Source: Octopus bimaculoides (Eukaryota). Taken from it: a stretch of 37,495 nucleotides of DNA. Location: positions 8,792,940 through 8,830,434 of the forward strand of contig NC_069008.1 of NCBI RefSeq assembly GCF_001194135.2, in the 5' to 3' direction. Both the position numbers and the translations under genes were made by a program. Below the pieces are notes generated by a model. It ran no database searches and had not been told where the DNA came from. It saw only the letters and a program-made list of their open reading frames with translations. This document shows positions 1-11,279 of the stretch, piece by piece. Each line of letters opens with the position of its first letter. Positions within the stretch are counted from its first letter, which is position 1.

Positions 1-107
1 TATATGTATGTATATATGTTTGTATGCCTGTATATATATATATATGTGAGATAATAGTTTCACTTTAATAGTTTCAGTATTAAAGTGAAACTATTAAAGT
101 GAAAATA

Positions 108-362
108 TCTATCATTACAATAGAGAGATGTTATTGTTTCCCTTTTGACACGTAATACTGAAATAGTGGAGGAGATATGATGTTGCCGTGGACTCGCACT
201 AGGCAAGAAGTTAAAAAAAATTTTGGCCTAAGACAATACATGGACCCTAAGTAAGGCATATGTAAAATTTGAATGAAATTGGTTGTGTAGTTCTCAAGTT
301 TTAGGGATTCACACAGACACAGACAGACACACACACATTCTCATCTTTATATATATAGATAT
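108..362 (+). mobile_element. Non-autonomous Helitron/Helentron-like interspersed repeat (tentative)
   Basis: AAATTTGAATGAAATTGGTTGTGTAGTTCTC block, then an (ACAG/AC)n tract, ending TTTATATATATAGAT. This resembles the architecture of HINE/Lep1-type elements. Recognised by eye only. Confidence 0.35.
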
Positions 363-1087
363 ACACAGGCACACACACACACACACACACACAGAGATAC
401 ATATACATCGATGACAATTACAATGAATATGAGGATTAGTGCATCTGCATGTCTTTTATTTCTACAGTCAATTAGACAGCATATTTGGTTTAAACATGTC
501 TGACACACATTTCTGCTGCATAGACACCGTGCAATTGCATTTGCATCCAGTTACTTTCAACTGGTTATTAGTCTATGCAACTTTATTCAAGTTCCATCCA
601 CTGATGTGATCTGAAGTGAAGTAAGTGTGTGTAGGTTTACCTAGAGTTATTTTGTTAGGTCACTATAGTTTTTGAGTGCAAAGAATGTGAGCGGAAGATT
701 TGGAAACTTGATACAGCTATAGGAACTGCTATGAGATTGATCCTATCCTCACCCTAGATTGAAAGTTTCAGTTTAAAATACTAGACCTTTAATGAAGTAA
801 AAGTATGTTTTCTAAAACACTAGCCTTAAGTGGATCATGAACTAATGAGCTTCGGATATTGTGTACTATTACTGGTTATTACTTCAGATATAATTAAACA
901 TCTGAAATATGTAGAACTTACATGTGATGCCAATTCCTAATTTTTATTTATATAAAGGAACAGACTCTAAGATGTTTGCACCTCTAGAATGGCATTCAAA
1001 TACTTCCATGGAAGAGATTTGTAATTAACTAAGAACCATGTAAAAAGGAGGTGCCTGAATTTACATGGTAAATGTCAGTGTCATATA

Positions 1088-1966
1088 CAAGGTGGTATCA
1101 AAAAGTTCCTGGACTAGGTCTGTAATGCACCAACAGATGGTAGCACATGGTCCAATGCACAGTGAGAGCCAGCAGTGACCTTCATGAGGCAGTGTACCTG
1201 GTTACATTGTTGTGTTTACTTTACAAGCTGTGAAATTTGTGTCTCTGTGGTCAAGTGTACGCTTTTGTCTACAATTTTGTCATGGACAGGAAGTTAGAAC
1301 AAAGAGCCGACATGAAATTTTGCATTAAATTTGAGAAGCCTGCTACAGAGATATTGAGTATGACCCTGAGACAAAGCAGTAGTTACCACAACGGAAAAGC
1401 CCTTCAAATCCATGACCGAAGAAGGCACAACAGAGCCACAACTCATTTTTTTATATCTGCCATATTGTCTATCGAGAATTCATCCCCCAGGGCCAGATTG
1501 TCAATAGAGAGTTTTACTGCAACACTTTCCAGCATTTGAGGGAGAACATTCAGTGAAAGCAACCGGATCTGTGGAACATGAAGTATTGGATTCTTCATGA
1601 TAACAATGCACCCTGTCACCTAACACTCCTCACTTGTGAGTTTCTTACCTAAACCAACATGGTATCATTTCCGCACCCTTCCTATTCAACATATTTAGCA
1701 CCTGTGGATTTCCATCCCTTCCCCAAGATGAAGATACTGCTCAAAGGCCACCATTTTAACACCATTGTCGAGATCCAAAGCGAATTGCAGAAGGTCCTCG
1801 AATTGCTTACAGAAAACAAATTCCAAGCTGGATTCCAAAAGTGGTAGGAACACAAGGGGCTGGTGTATTGCTATGCAAGGTGACTCTTTCAAAGGAGATG
1901 CTGTTAAAACTTAGGTAAACAAGTTATTTTTTATTAAATATAACTAGTCCTTTTGATAGTACCTTG
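1088..1966 (+). mobile_element. Internally deleted mariner DNA transposon
   Basis: TIRs CAAGGTGGTATCAAAAAG...GGACTAG and CTAGTCC...TTTTGATAGTACCTTG, with TA on both sides. Transposase remnants MDRKLEQRADMKFCIK, LHDNAPCH and HPSYSTYLAPVDF (cf. mariner HPPYSPDLAPSDF), broken by stops and frameshifts. Confidence 0.9.
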
Positions 1967-2221
1967 TAACATGTAGTAAGCAGTATTCTCCATTAGAAAA
2001 ACTACAGATCTTTAAAAATTCTCACAACACATATAGGATGACAAATCTGCATCGAATTAAAAACTTGATTTATACAAAGGCTAAGGACCAAGAGCTTTCC
2101 ATGCTCTCCTATCTTTGATTGGCTTATCTTATCATACTGCTGTCAACCAGGATAGCTAATCACATGGGGGAAACTGCCTTTCTCCCATTCATTCTCCAAT
2201 CTTCATCATCATCTTCATCAT

Positions 2222-2580
2222 CATCATATCATCCTTTAATGTCCATTTTCCATGCTGGCATGGGTTGGACGGATTGACAGGGGCTAACCAAGTGAAGGGC
2301 TGCTCAGGCTCCCTGTCTGTTTTGGCAGGGTTTCTATGACTGGATGCCCTTCCTAACACCAACCACTTTACAGAGTGTACTAGGTGCCCTTACACAGCAC
2401 TGGCATGGGTGCTTTTTATGTGGCACCAGCACCTACAAGCCCACAAGATTAGGGATGCTCAGCTGGAAAGGGTTGCACACGATCAGCCTGTATGCAAAGA
2501 CAAACACACTTTTACTTAGCTAGATGTGTCTTGTCAAGCACAGCAAACCGCCAGGAGTCTTGGTCCCCTGTCATCCACTT
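2222..2580 (-). mobile_element. SINE/RTE-tail repeat, family B (ends in (TGA)n on the minus strand)
   Basis: CATCATC-TTTAATGTCCATTTTCCATGCTGGCATGGGTTGGAC...GGATGCCCTTCCTAACACCAACCAC. The same block recurs at 25857, 26268, 35150 and 35597. Confidence 0.75.
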
Positions 2581-3190
2581 TGTTACATATAATCTTATAT
2601 ATATATATCAAATAATTCAATTGGATACAAACCAAGTAGTTTGCTTTTGAAAGCCTGTCAAAGGGTATCAGCAATCAGACACAATTTTACAGTGAAAACC
2701 AATCATTTTACTGAAAATATATCAAGAAATCAGTGAATATCTGTAGAGTAATATAACAAGATATAAACACTGTTCCTTTGCAAACCACAAAATGACCGAC
2801 CCAGAAATGGAGTTCATGAAGTTAACAAAAATGAAATGGAAATAAGCAAACACAAAGATAAGTTAAATTATCTGCTTTATCTCTTCGTACATTTATTTTG
2901 CTTTTTATTTTCCTTTGCTTCTTTTTTCTTTCTTTTTTTTTTTTGTTCTCTTTATTCACCCCATTTCTGAACAAGTTAATTTGAATTTGTGGTTTCCAGA
3001 TATTCTGTTACCTGCTTTAGTTACTTGACACTGGCCAGGCTGAAGCACTACCTTCAAGGGTTTCAGTCGAACGTATCAACCCCAGTATTTCAGCAATGAC
3101 CTCCTGGTGAAATGGCAACAAAATGATTGTAGAATTGGGCAATAAAACAAGATTACTCTATCTATTCTATTTTGTTAGTATTTTTATAAG

Positions 3191-3194
3191 TATG

Positions 3195-3236
<42 letters not shown>

Positions 3237-3259
3237 TATGTGTACATGTGTTGTGTGTA

Positions 3260-3292
<33 letters not shown>

Positions 3293-3331
3293 GTTTGTGT
3301 ATGTATATATATATATGTGTGNNNNNNNNNN

Positions 3332-3387
<56 letters not shown>

Positions 3388-3420
3388 TATATACACATAT
3401 ATATATGTATATATATACAT
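3191..3420. repeat. Compound (TG)n/(TA)n/(CA)n microsatellite with 10-N gap
   Basis: Directly visible. It produces the spurious CV/YI-rich ORFs at 3123-3671. Confidence 0.95.
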
Positions 3421-3860
3421 AAACACACACACATATATATATACATATACATACACACACACAAACACACACAAACACATATATATGTATGTTTTAAGAC
3501 ATGCACATGCATGTGCACATGCATGTGTATGTGCATGTGCACATACACACACGTACGTAGTGTACATATACAGAGATACAGACAGAAAAAATAACAAGCT
3601 GAGTGAAATCTAATACTTTGAGGGATGCGTCTGGTTTGTAGCAGCAACTGGTTTCCTCCAAGAAATATCATTAAATACTACCATAAAAGCAACAACAGCA
3701 ACTGCAACATCAACAATGGTAATCATCTAGCCTTTCCTCACCCTGCCAATTGGCATCTATACACCTATCACTCTTCCACACCGTGCCAGGTGGAAGGAGT
3801 AACATCCTCCAAAGCCAAAACAATCCAAAAAATGTATGTTGTGAAGCAGACTTCTATACA

Positions 3861-4021
3861 GGTGCAGGCATGGCTGTATGGTAAGAAGTTTGTTTCTCAA
3901 CTACAAGGTTTTAGGTTCAGTCCCACTGTGTAACACCTTGGGCAGTTGTCTTTTATTGTAACCTTGGGATGACCAAATCCTTGTGAGTGGATTTGGCAGA
4001 TGGAAACTGAAAGAAGCCCAT

Positions 4022-4022
<1 letters not shown>
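3861..4022 (+). mobile_element. tRNA-derived SINE family A, head
   Basis: A-box-like TGGCTGTATGG, B-box-like GGTTCAGTCCC, core CCTTGGGCA...GTGAGTGGATTTGG...GAAACTGAAAGAAGCCC, then microsatellite. More than 10 copies in the window. Confidence 0.85.
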
Positions 4023-4069
<47 letters not shown>

Positions 4070-4070
4070 T

Positions 4071-4224
4071 GTAGGCATGATTGTGTGGTAAGAAGCTTGC
4101 TTACCAGCCACATGTTACCAGGTTCAGACTCAGTGGCACCTTGGACAAGTGTCTTCTACTATAGCGTTGCACCTACCAAAGCTTTGTGAGTGGATTTGGT
4201 TGATGGAAACAGAATGAAGACCAT
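4071..4224 (+). mobile_element. SINE family A, head (second adjacent copy)
   Basis: Same head and core sequence as 3861-4022. Confidence 0.8.
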
Positions 4225-4810
4225 TATACATATATATATATGTGTGTGTGTGTGTGTATGTGAGATGCAGCACAGAATTTTGTCAGTGAACAGGTCATGG
4301 TTTCAAAGCGACGAAAATATTTCAACAAATTGAATTTAAATGTTGAAGTGAATCTAATGATTTTTGCGTGTTCCTTAAATGGCTTATAAACACCTTATAC
4401 GCTGCAATTGTTTTTGTTTCAACACACAATCTCAGATCAGGTCACTTGCTATGCAAGTACATCTCTGTAATATATATATATATATATATATTATTGATCT
4501 ATCAATTACTCCAGTTTACTGGAGTTATATAGATAGATTGAGGCATGTCACCTCTAGGCTGAAACAGCTGTAAGACACTGTCTCTTCTTCGGTCACTAGA
4601 TGTCCTTCTTAATTTTTTTATTACTGATATGACATAATATGTCATATGTGTTTGTATATTGTTTCTATTGTCCTGTCCTCTTAGTTGAAAAATAAACAGG
4701 TAAATTGACATAATACAATGTCTGCAAGTTGATGAGTACCACATATTCCCCTCCATTTTCTTATTGCTATACATATATATGTTTGTGTGTGTGCGTGTGT
4801 GTGTGTGTGT

Positions 4811-5050
4811 GAGTGTCTTTGTGTCTGTTTTGTCTCCACCACCACCACCACTTGCTTGACAACTGGTGTTGGTGTGTTTATGTCCCCATAACTTAACAGT
4901 TCAACCAAAGAGATCAATAGAATAAGTACCAGGCTTTATAAAATTAAAAATAAGTACTGGGGTCAATTCGTTCAACTAAAACTTCTTCAATTTGGTGCCC
5001 CAGCATGGCCACAGAAAATGACTGAAACAACTAAAAGGCAGAAGGAAAAG
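4811..5050 (+). mobile_element. SINE family A, 3' half
   Basis: GCTTGACAACTGGTGTTGG...ATAGAATAAGTACCAGGC...CCAGCATGGCCACAG...TGACTGAAAC, matching 9330-9527. Confidence 0.8.
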
Positions 5051-5061
5051 ATAAAAGATAC

Positions 5062-5178
5062 ATGCATCATCATCATCATCATATTCATCATCAACATCAT
5101 CATCACCATCATCATTGTCATTATCATTATTATCGTCATCATCATCATCATCATTATTGTTATCATCATCATTATCAT
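5062..5178. repeat. (CAT)n/(TAT)n microsatellite
   Basis: Directly visible. Confidence 0.95.
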
Positions 5179-5192
5179 ATATTATATATATA

Positions 5193-5357
5193 CGACCGGC
5201 TTCTTTCAGTTTCCATCTACCAAATCCACTAAGAAGGCTTTGGTCGGCCCGAGGCTATAGTAGAAGACACTTGCCCAAGATGCCACGCAGTGGGACTGAA
5301 CCCAGAACCATGTGGTTGGTAAGCAAGCTACTTACCACACAGCCACTCCTACGCCTA
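5193..5357 (-). mobile_element. SINE family A, head (little-diverged copy)
   Basis: Reverse complement of the family A head: AGGCGTAGGAGTGGCTGTGTGGTAAGTAGC...GAAAGAAGCCGGTCG. Confidence 0.9.
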
Positions 5358-6067
5358 TGGATAGACTCTCTTCCGCCCGAGACGCNNNNNNNNNNNNNNN
5401 NNNNNNNNNNNNNNNNNNNNNNNNNNNNNNNNNNNNNNNNNNNNNNNNNNNNNNNNNNNNNNNAGCCGACTTCATGGACGCAGTCCTTTACGAAGAAGAG
5501 AGAACTCTTCCCAAGGCTCCCGGCAACGTCTCCGGGCTCGGTAATCATTTTTTTCTTTTGAGGGGAAGTAGATAGTATTGGCAGGTTCCTACCACATTAT
5601 AGCTTGAATGTGGCAGCTTCTTGGCATTAATATGCTTGGAGATTCCCATCAACTAGATGGTATGACTGAAACATACGTAGGTTCTTTTTCTGTTTTTATA
5701 TATATANNNNNNNNNNNNNNNNNNNNNNNNNNNNNNNNNNNNNNNNNNNNNNNNNNNNNNNNNNNNNNNNNNNNNNNNNNNNNNNNNNNNNNNNNNNNNN
5801 NNNNNNNNNNNNNNNNNNNNNNNNNNNNNNNNNNNNNNNNNNNNNNNNNNNNNNNNNNNNNNNNNNNNNNNNNNNNNNNNNNNNNNNNNNNNNNNNNNNN
5901 NNNNNNNNNNNNNNNNNNNNNNNNNNNNNNNNNNNNNNNNNNNNNNNNNNNNNNNNNNNNNNNNNNNNNNNNNNNNNNNNNNNNNNNNNNNNNNNNNNNN
6001 NNNNNNNNNNNNNNNNNNNNNNNNNNNNNNNNNNNNNNNNNNNNNNNNNNNNNNNNNNNNNNNNNNN

Positions 6068-6101
<34 letters not shown>

Positions 6102-6124
6102 CTGTCTATGGAAAGAGAGAACAT

Positions 6125-6305
6125 ATTGGTTTCAAGGAAATTGATTATATTGACCCCAGTGCTGAACTGGTTCATATTTTCTTGACCCTGAAAAGATGAA
6201 AGGCAGAGTCAACCTTGGTGACATTTGAACTCAGAGTGCAAAAACAGACCAAATGCCACTAAGCCTTTTTCCCTGACATGCTAACAATTCTGTCAGCTGA
6301 CCACT
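6125..6305 (-). mobile_element. tRNA-derived SINE family D
   Basis: Minus strand reads CAGCTGACAGAATTGTTAGCATG...GAGTTCAAATGTCACC...CAGCACTGGGGTCAAT (A/B boxes). Siblings at 15605-15677 and 28890-29090. Confidence 0.7.
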
Positions 6306-6346
6306 CTCGGAAGTAGAGAGTATATTAATACACAAAGGAAAGTATT

Positions 6347-6720
6347 GAGAAGCTTACTTCCCAACAATGTGGTCTTGGGTTCAGCCCCCACACTGTGGAA
6401 CCTTGGGCAAGTGTCTTCTACTATAGCCTTGGGCCAACAAAAGCCTTGTCAGTGGATTTGGTAGATCGAAACTGAAAAGAAACCTGTCGTGTGTGTATGT
6501 GTGTGTGTGTGTGTGTGTTGTGTATGTTTTGTGTTCGTTTGTGTTTGTCCTCTTCCACAGTGACATCTGGTGTTGGTTTGTTTGCATCCCCATAACTTAG
6601 TAGTTCAGAAAAAAAAGAGAAACAGAACAGGTATGTGTGTGTTTGTCCCGTACAGCAGCGACAAGTGGTGTTGGTTTGTTTATATCCCCATGACTTAGCA
6701 GTTCGGCAAAAGAAACCAAT
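6347..6720 (+). mobile_element. SINE family A with duplicated internal tail segment
   Basis: Head at 6347-6490, then two copies of the GTGGTGTTGGTTTG...CCCATAACTTAG...GTTC segment (about 6545-6610 and 6645-6720). Confidence 0.75.
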
Positions 6721-6800
6721 GTAACAAGTGTGTTTATGTGTGTGTGTGTATGTGAATGTGTGTATGTTGTGTGTTTGTTTGCTGTATGTGTGAGTGTGTG

Positions 6801-6831
<31 letters not shown>

Positions 6832-6889
6832 CATGTGTGTGTGCGTACCCTTGTCCTGCTGTCATGATTACTGTGAATGAGCATCATTG

Positions 6890-7030
6890 TCACACAAGGA
6901 AATTTGTTTCCAGTGTTGCCTTGAAAACAATGTCTAGCCATGGAGAAATATAACTATGTTGCTTGAAAACAGGTGAGGGTTAGTGACAGGATGGGCATCC
7001 AACCCATACAAAAATCTGCCTCAACATAAT
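6890..7030 (+). mobile_element. Family B-related SINE/RTE-tail fragment
   Basis: GGTGAGGGTTAGTGACAGGATGGGCATCCAACCCATAC. Reverse-orientation sibling at 25650-25740. Confidence 0.6.
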
Positions 7031-7076
7031 TCCAAGAGAAAATGAAGAAATGATCATTTGGTGATAATGATGTTAA

Positions 7077-7190
7077 ATAGATAGACAAACAGACAGACAG
7101 ACAGACTGATAGATAGATAGATAGGTAGATAGATAAATAGATAGATAGATAGATAGACAGACAAGCAGACAGACAGACAGACAGACAGAC
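7077..7190. repeat. (GATA)n/(GACA)n tetranucleotide microsatellite
   Basis: Directly visible. Confidence 0.95.
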
Positions 7191-7321
7191 GGATGTCTAT
7201 TTAAATTCTCTCCTCTCATGTTTTCTCTGAAGAAACACACGTGTACAGATATAGATGCATATGCACTCACACATACAAACATGCATATCATTCACAGACA
7301 CATATACACTCCCTTTTATAT

Positions 7322-7530
7322 TCTATCTTTTACTCGTTTCAGTCATTAGACTGCGGCCATGCTGGGGCACCGCCTTAAAGAGTTTTAATCAAAGAAACTG
7401 ACCCCAGGGCATCTTTTAACACCTAGTGCTTATTCTATTGGTCATTTTTGCTGAATCGCTAAATTACGGGGATGTAAACATATGAACACTAGTTGTTAAG
7501 CAGTGGTAGGGGAACAAACACAGACACAAA
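7322..7530 (-). mobile_element. SINE family A, 3' half
   Basis: TTTCAGTCATTAGACTGCGGCCATGCTGGGGCACCGCC is the reverse complement of the family A tail. Confidence 0.8.
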
Positions 7531-7628
7531 CACACACATACATACATACATACATATATATATATACATTGATAGAAAGGACAACAAAAGAAAGAAAGAG
7601 ACCTCGATATTATGTAAATAGAGGAATT

Positions 7629-7789
7629 TATCTGTAAAATTATGTGACACTTATTCAGTAGCCATGATAAAACTCCGAGTTTCGGATGCCGAGGTGGGAA
7701 CCCACGCCAACATCTTTTCAGTTATCTGGCATCCGAAACTCGAAGTTTTATCATGGCTACCGAATAAGTGTCACATATTTTTACAGATA
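7629..7789. repeat. Near-perfect palindrome / MITE-like foldback (62-bp arms)
   Basis: Arm 7629-7690 matches the reverse complement of 7728-7789 with 3 mismatches; 37-nt spacer. Confidence 0.9.
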
Positions 7790-7809
7790 CATATATATAT
7801 ATATATTTG

Positions 7810-7962
7810 ACAGGCTTCTTTCAGTTTCTGTCTACCAAATCCACTCACAAGGCTTTGGTCAGCCAAAGGCTATAGTAAAAGACACTTATCCAAAGTGTCA
7901 CGCAGTGGGACTGAACCTGGAACGATGTGGTTGGGACACAAGCTACTTTCCACACAGCCATG
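7810..7962 (-). mobile_element. SINE family A, head
   Basis: Reverse complement of the family A head and core. Confidence 0.85.
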
Positions 7963-8609
7963 ACCTCATCTTTATATACTTAATAAACAAACACTCACAA
8001 ATGCACAGACAATTGTACATACTTACACAAATACACAATACACACACATACACATATACTAGCACACACTCACAAACATATACATACACAAATATACAGA
8101 TGCAGACAAATACACACATGCACACACAGAGACACACATGAACACACAACATGCACATTCACAGATACATGCATACACAGATATATACACATGAGTGCAC
8201 ACACATACACATTAGCATACACACACACAAATGTATACAGACAAACACACACACACAGATACACACAAACATACACACACACACACACACACACATGTAC
8301 ACACACACCCACAAGCACACAACATATACAGACACAGATATATACTTGTAACCAAAATAGAAGCAGCTCAAATTTGCTTAATTTTATCTTACCTACTTAT
8401 TCATTCCACTCATGCCACCCACCTCTCACCCTATTCATTCCTTCTCAACCAATATCTTCAAGACACCTACCCACGCCCCCACAACACCCTCACTACCAAT
8501 TCTGTTATTTGTTTCAGTCATTGGAACGTGGCCATGCTGGAGCACTGCTTTGAAGGGTTTCATCAAATAAATCAATCCCAGAACATAATCTTAAAGTTTG
8601 GTGCTTATG

Positions 8610-8775
8610 TAGGCACAGACGTGGCTGTGTGGTAAGAAGCTTGCTTCCAAAACCACACGGTTCCCAGTTCAGTCCCACTGCATGGCACCTTGGGCAAGTG
8701 TCTTCTACTATAGCCTCAGGCCAACCAAAGCCTTGTGAGTGGATTTGGTAGATGGAAACTGAAAGAAGCCCATCA
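8610..8775 (+). mobile_element. SINE family A, head
   Basis: GTGGCTGTGTGGTAAGAAGC...GAAAGAAGCCCATC. Preceded by an inverted tail fragment at about 8505-8600. Confidence 0.85.
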
Positions 8776-8982
8776 TTCAACTCTCATAGCTACTTTTTCT
8801 ATCTTAAAATAATAATAATAATAATGACATTATTGTATACAGTGCTCAGGTGAAAGAGTAAATACACAATCTTTCTCTGTTGTTCTTATGACTTTACAGC
8901 AAAATACCAACCACATTCAACACTTCCACAGTGTGTTTATATATATATATATAGATATATATATATATATAAAAATAAATAA

Positions 8983-9020
<38 letters not shown>

Positions 9021-9121
9021 TGTCTTTTTAAGCCTTTCACCTAATGATGCGACTTATAACAAACATCATTGCTGCACACACCCACAGCTTTTTGGGGGTT
9101 CCTCTCTCCCCTATGTCGGCT

Positions 9122-9527
9122 TAAGCTGTGTGGTAAGTAGCTTGCTTACCAACCACATGGTTCCGGGTTCATTCCCACTGTGTGGCACCTTGGGCAAGTG
9201 TCTTCTACTATAGCCTCGGGCAGACCAAAGCCTTGTGAGTGGATTTGGTAGACGGAAACTGAAAGAAGCCCATCGTATATATGTATGTATATATATGTAT
9301 GTGTGTGTATATGTTTGTGTGTCTGTGTTTGTCCCCCCCAACATCGCTTTGACAACCGATGGTAGTGTGCTTATGTCCCCGTAACTTAGCAGTTCGACAA
9401 AAGAGACCAATAGAATAAGTACTAGGCTTCCAAAGAATAAGTCCTGGGGTCGATTTGCTCGACTAAAGGCGGTGCTCCAGCATGGCCGCAGTCAAATGAC
9501 TGAAACAAGTAAAAGAGTAAAAGAGTA
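9122..9527 (+). mobile_element. SINE family A, near-complete copy (~400 bp)
   Basis: Head, internal (TA/TG)n, then tail ending GACTGAAACAAGTAAAAGAGTAAAAGAGTA. Used as the reference for the other copies. Confidence 0.9.
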
Positions 9528-9689
9528 TACGTGTGNNNNNNNNNNNNNNNNNNNNNNNNNNNNNNNNNNNNNNNNNNNNNNNNNNNNNNNNNNNNNNNNN
9601 NNNNNNNNNNNNNNNNNNNNNNNNNNNNNNNNNNNNNNNNNNNNNNNNNNNNNNNNNNNNNNNNNNNNNNNNNNNNNNNNNNNTATATA

Positions 9690-9890
9690 TATATGGGAGA
9701 ATGTACGAAAAAACGACAACAGACGAGGACAGGTGGTGTAAATAACAAAAGGATGTATTAGTATGACGCTCGGGAATACGGAAAGTCTTTGACGTTTCGA
9801 GCTACGCTCTTCAACAGAAAGAATATGGAGACAAGGAGAAAAACACGGAGAAAAAAAATTGAATGGTGTCCAGTCAACGGTCAATGGGGG
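9690..9890 (-). mobile_element. Short Penelope-like terminal (pLTR-type) repeat carrying a hammerhead motif
   Basis: Similar to 22070-22370. Both abut (TA)n and carry GAGC-nnn-GCTC-GAAAC on the minus strand. Confidence 0.6.
9786..9822 (-). ncRNA. Minimal type I hammerhead ribozyme-like motif (one core substitution)
   Basis: Minus strand: TCTTT CTGTTGA A GAGC GTA GCTC GAAA C GTC AAAGA. Helix I is TCTTT/AAAGA, helix II is GAGC/GCTC, helix III is the palindrome ACGT, and the cleavage triplet is GUC. The core has U in place of A6. Confidence 0.7.
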
Positions 9891-9899
9891 GAGTGTATG

Positions 9900-10120
9900 C
9901 CTTTGTGTTTGTGTTTGTCCTCATCACCACTAGACAACTGGTGTTGGTATATTCATGTCCCCATGACTTAGCAGTTCAGCAAAAAGAAACCAATAGAATA
10001 AGTATCAGGCTTAAAAAAAAGACAAATAAGTACTGGGGTTGATTCATTTGACTAAAAATTCTATAAGGTGGTGCCCCAGCATGGCCACAGTTTAATGACT
10101 GAAACAGATAAAAGATAACA
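9900..10120 (+). mobile_element. SINE family A, 3' half
   Basis: Matches the tail of 9122-9527. Confidence 0.8.
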
Positions 10121-10187
10121 GTTCTATCAGTCTCTTTCTGTCAGACTGCTGTGTTACAGTGATGTAAAAAAACTGATACACTCATAT

Positions 10188-10350
10188 GACAGGCTTCCAC
10201 ATAGTTTCCATCTGTGAAATTTATTCATATGGCATTAATTGGCCTGAAGCCATGATAAAAAACACTTGCTCAAGGTACCATACAGTAGGAATGAACCTGA
10301 AACCCTGTAGTTGCAAAAAGAGGTTCTTAACCCCATAGCCACATCTGTGC
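10188..10350 (-). mobile_element. SINE family A, old diverged head
   Basis: GACAGGCTTCC...ACACTTGCTCAAGGTACCATACAGTAGGAATGAACC...CATAGCCAC, a degenerate match to the family A head. Confidence 0.65.
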
Positions 10351-10364
10351 CAATGAGGAAGACA

Positions 10365-11180
10365 TTTTAGAAACAGCAGCCAAATCTCCTTCAAGTCACA
10401 TTCTACCATCTTTGGAAAGATCATGTTAGTTAATATGGGCTTCGTTTTGTTGCACGTATGAAAAAGGACAAGAAGGCCATGGCTGGGACGCCTTGGGGCT
10501 TAGAGCTGTTTGATCAGTGAGTCTATTGATACATTTCTATCATCTTCAAGACCCCCAGCACCATCATCATCATCATCATCATCATCATCACCATCATCAG
10601 AACCATCTATACACAGACACACACACACACACACCACTAAGGAGTTTCTACATGGTTTATTGACCTACTAAAAATAGCAACAAAATCCCCTTCCAAACAT
10701 ACTCCTCCATCTTAAGAAGGGTAAAATCTGGGTTCCCTATGCATATGAAAAGGGCAGGATGGTCACAGATGGAGCATCTTTAATTAAAGGGCTGCTGGAT
10801 CAAGATGGGGCAGGAGTTAAACAAAATTAATCATTACACATGAGGGAAGAAGATAAATTTAGATTGGTGATGGTGGTGGTATTGGGGGTGCATGGGGATT
10901 ATCATCACTATCATCATTATCATCATCATCATCATTATCACCACGGCCACCACATAGGACCACAACAACCTATCAAGGACCAGCAAGGGAACCTTGATTC
11001 GTTGGTTGTTTAAAACTGCTGAAAATTGCTGCTAAATCTCCCTCTATTTGCATTTGGACTTCTCGTTATAAAGGAAGAACACATAGGCTGATGTAGTCCA
11101 AGGTGCATAGTGCCTAGAAACAACACAGAGTCATCACAGTTGAAATGACTTTGGTGAGAGGTCAACTGAGAACAACATTA
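10365..11180 (+). repeat. Three diverged copies of an old interspersed repeat separated by (CAT)n
   Basis: AAA(C/T)AGCA(G/A)C(C/A)AAAT(CT)CC motif at about 10368, 10673 and 11023, each followed by a related GG-rich block. Confidence 0.5.
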
Positions 11181-11279
11181 TTAACAATAACCATCACTTA
11201 AACACACACACACACACCTTCAGCAGACAACCATGCACACACACACATACACACACACATGCACACACTCAAAATCATG

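Noticed and set aside
3123-3671. Overlapping 99-169 aa ORFs rich in CV/YI/HT
   Set aside because: These are translations of dinucleotide microsatellites. The same applies to similar ORFs at 6421-6953, 7943-8635, 11220-11694 and 22039-22877.
5608-6175. Long ORFs across N-runs (also 9422-9884, 25949-26297 and 31058-31989)
   Set aside because: They are open only because N codons contain no stops.
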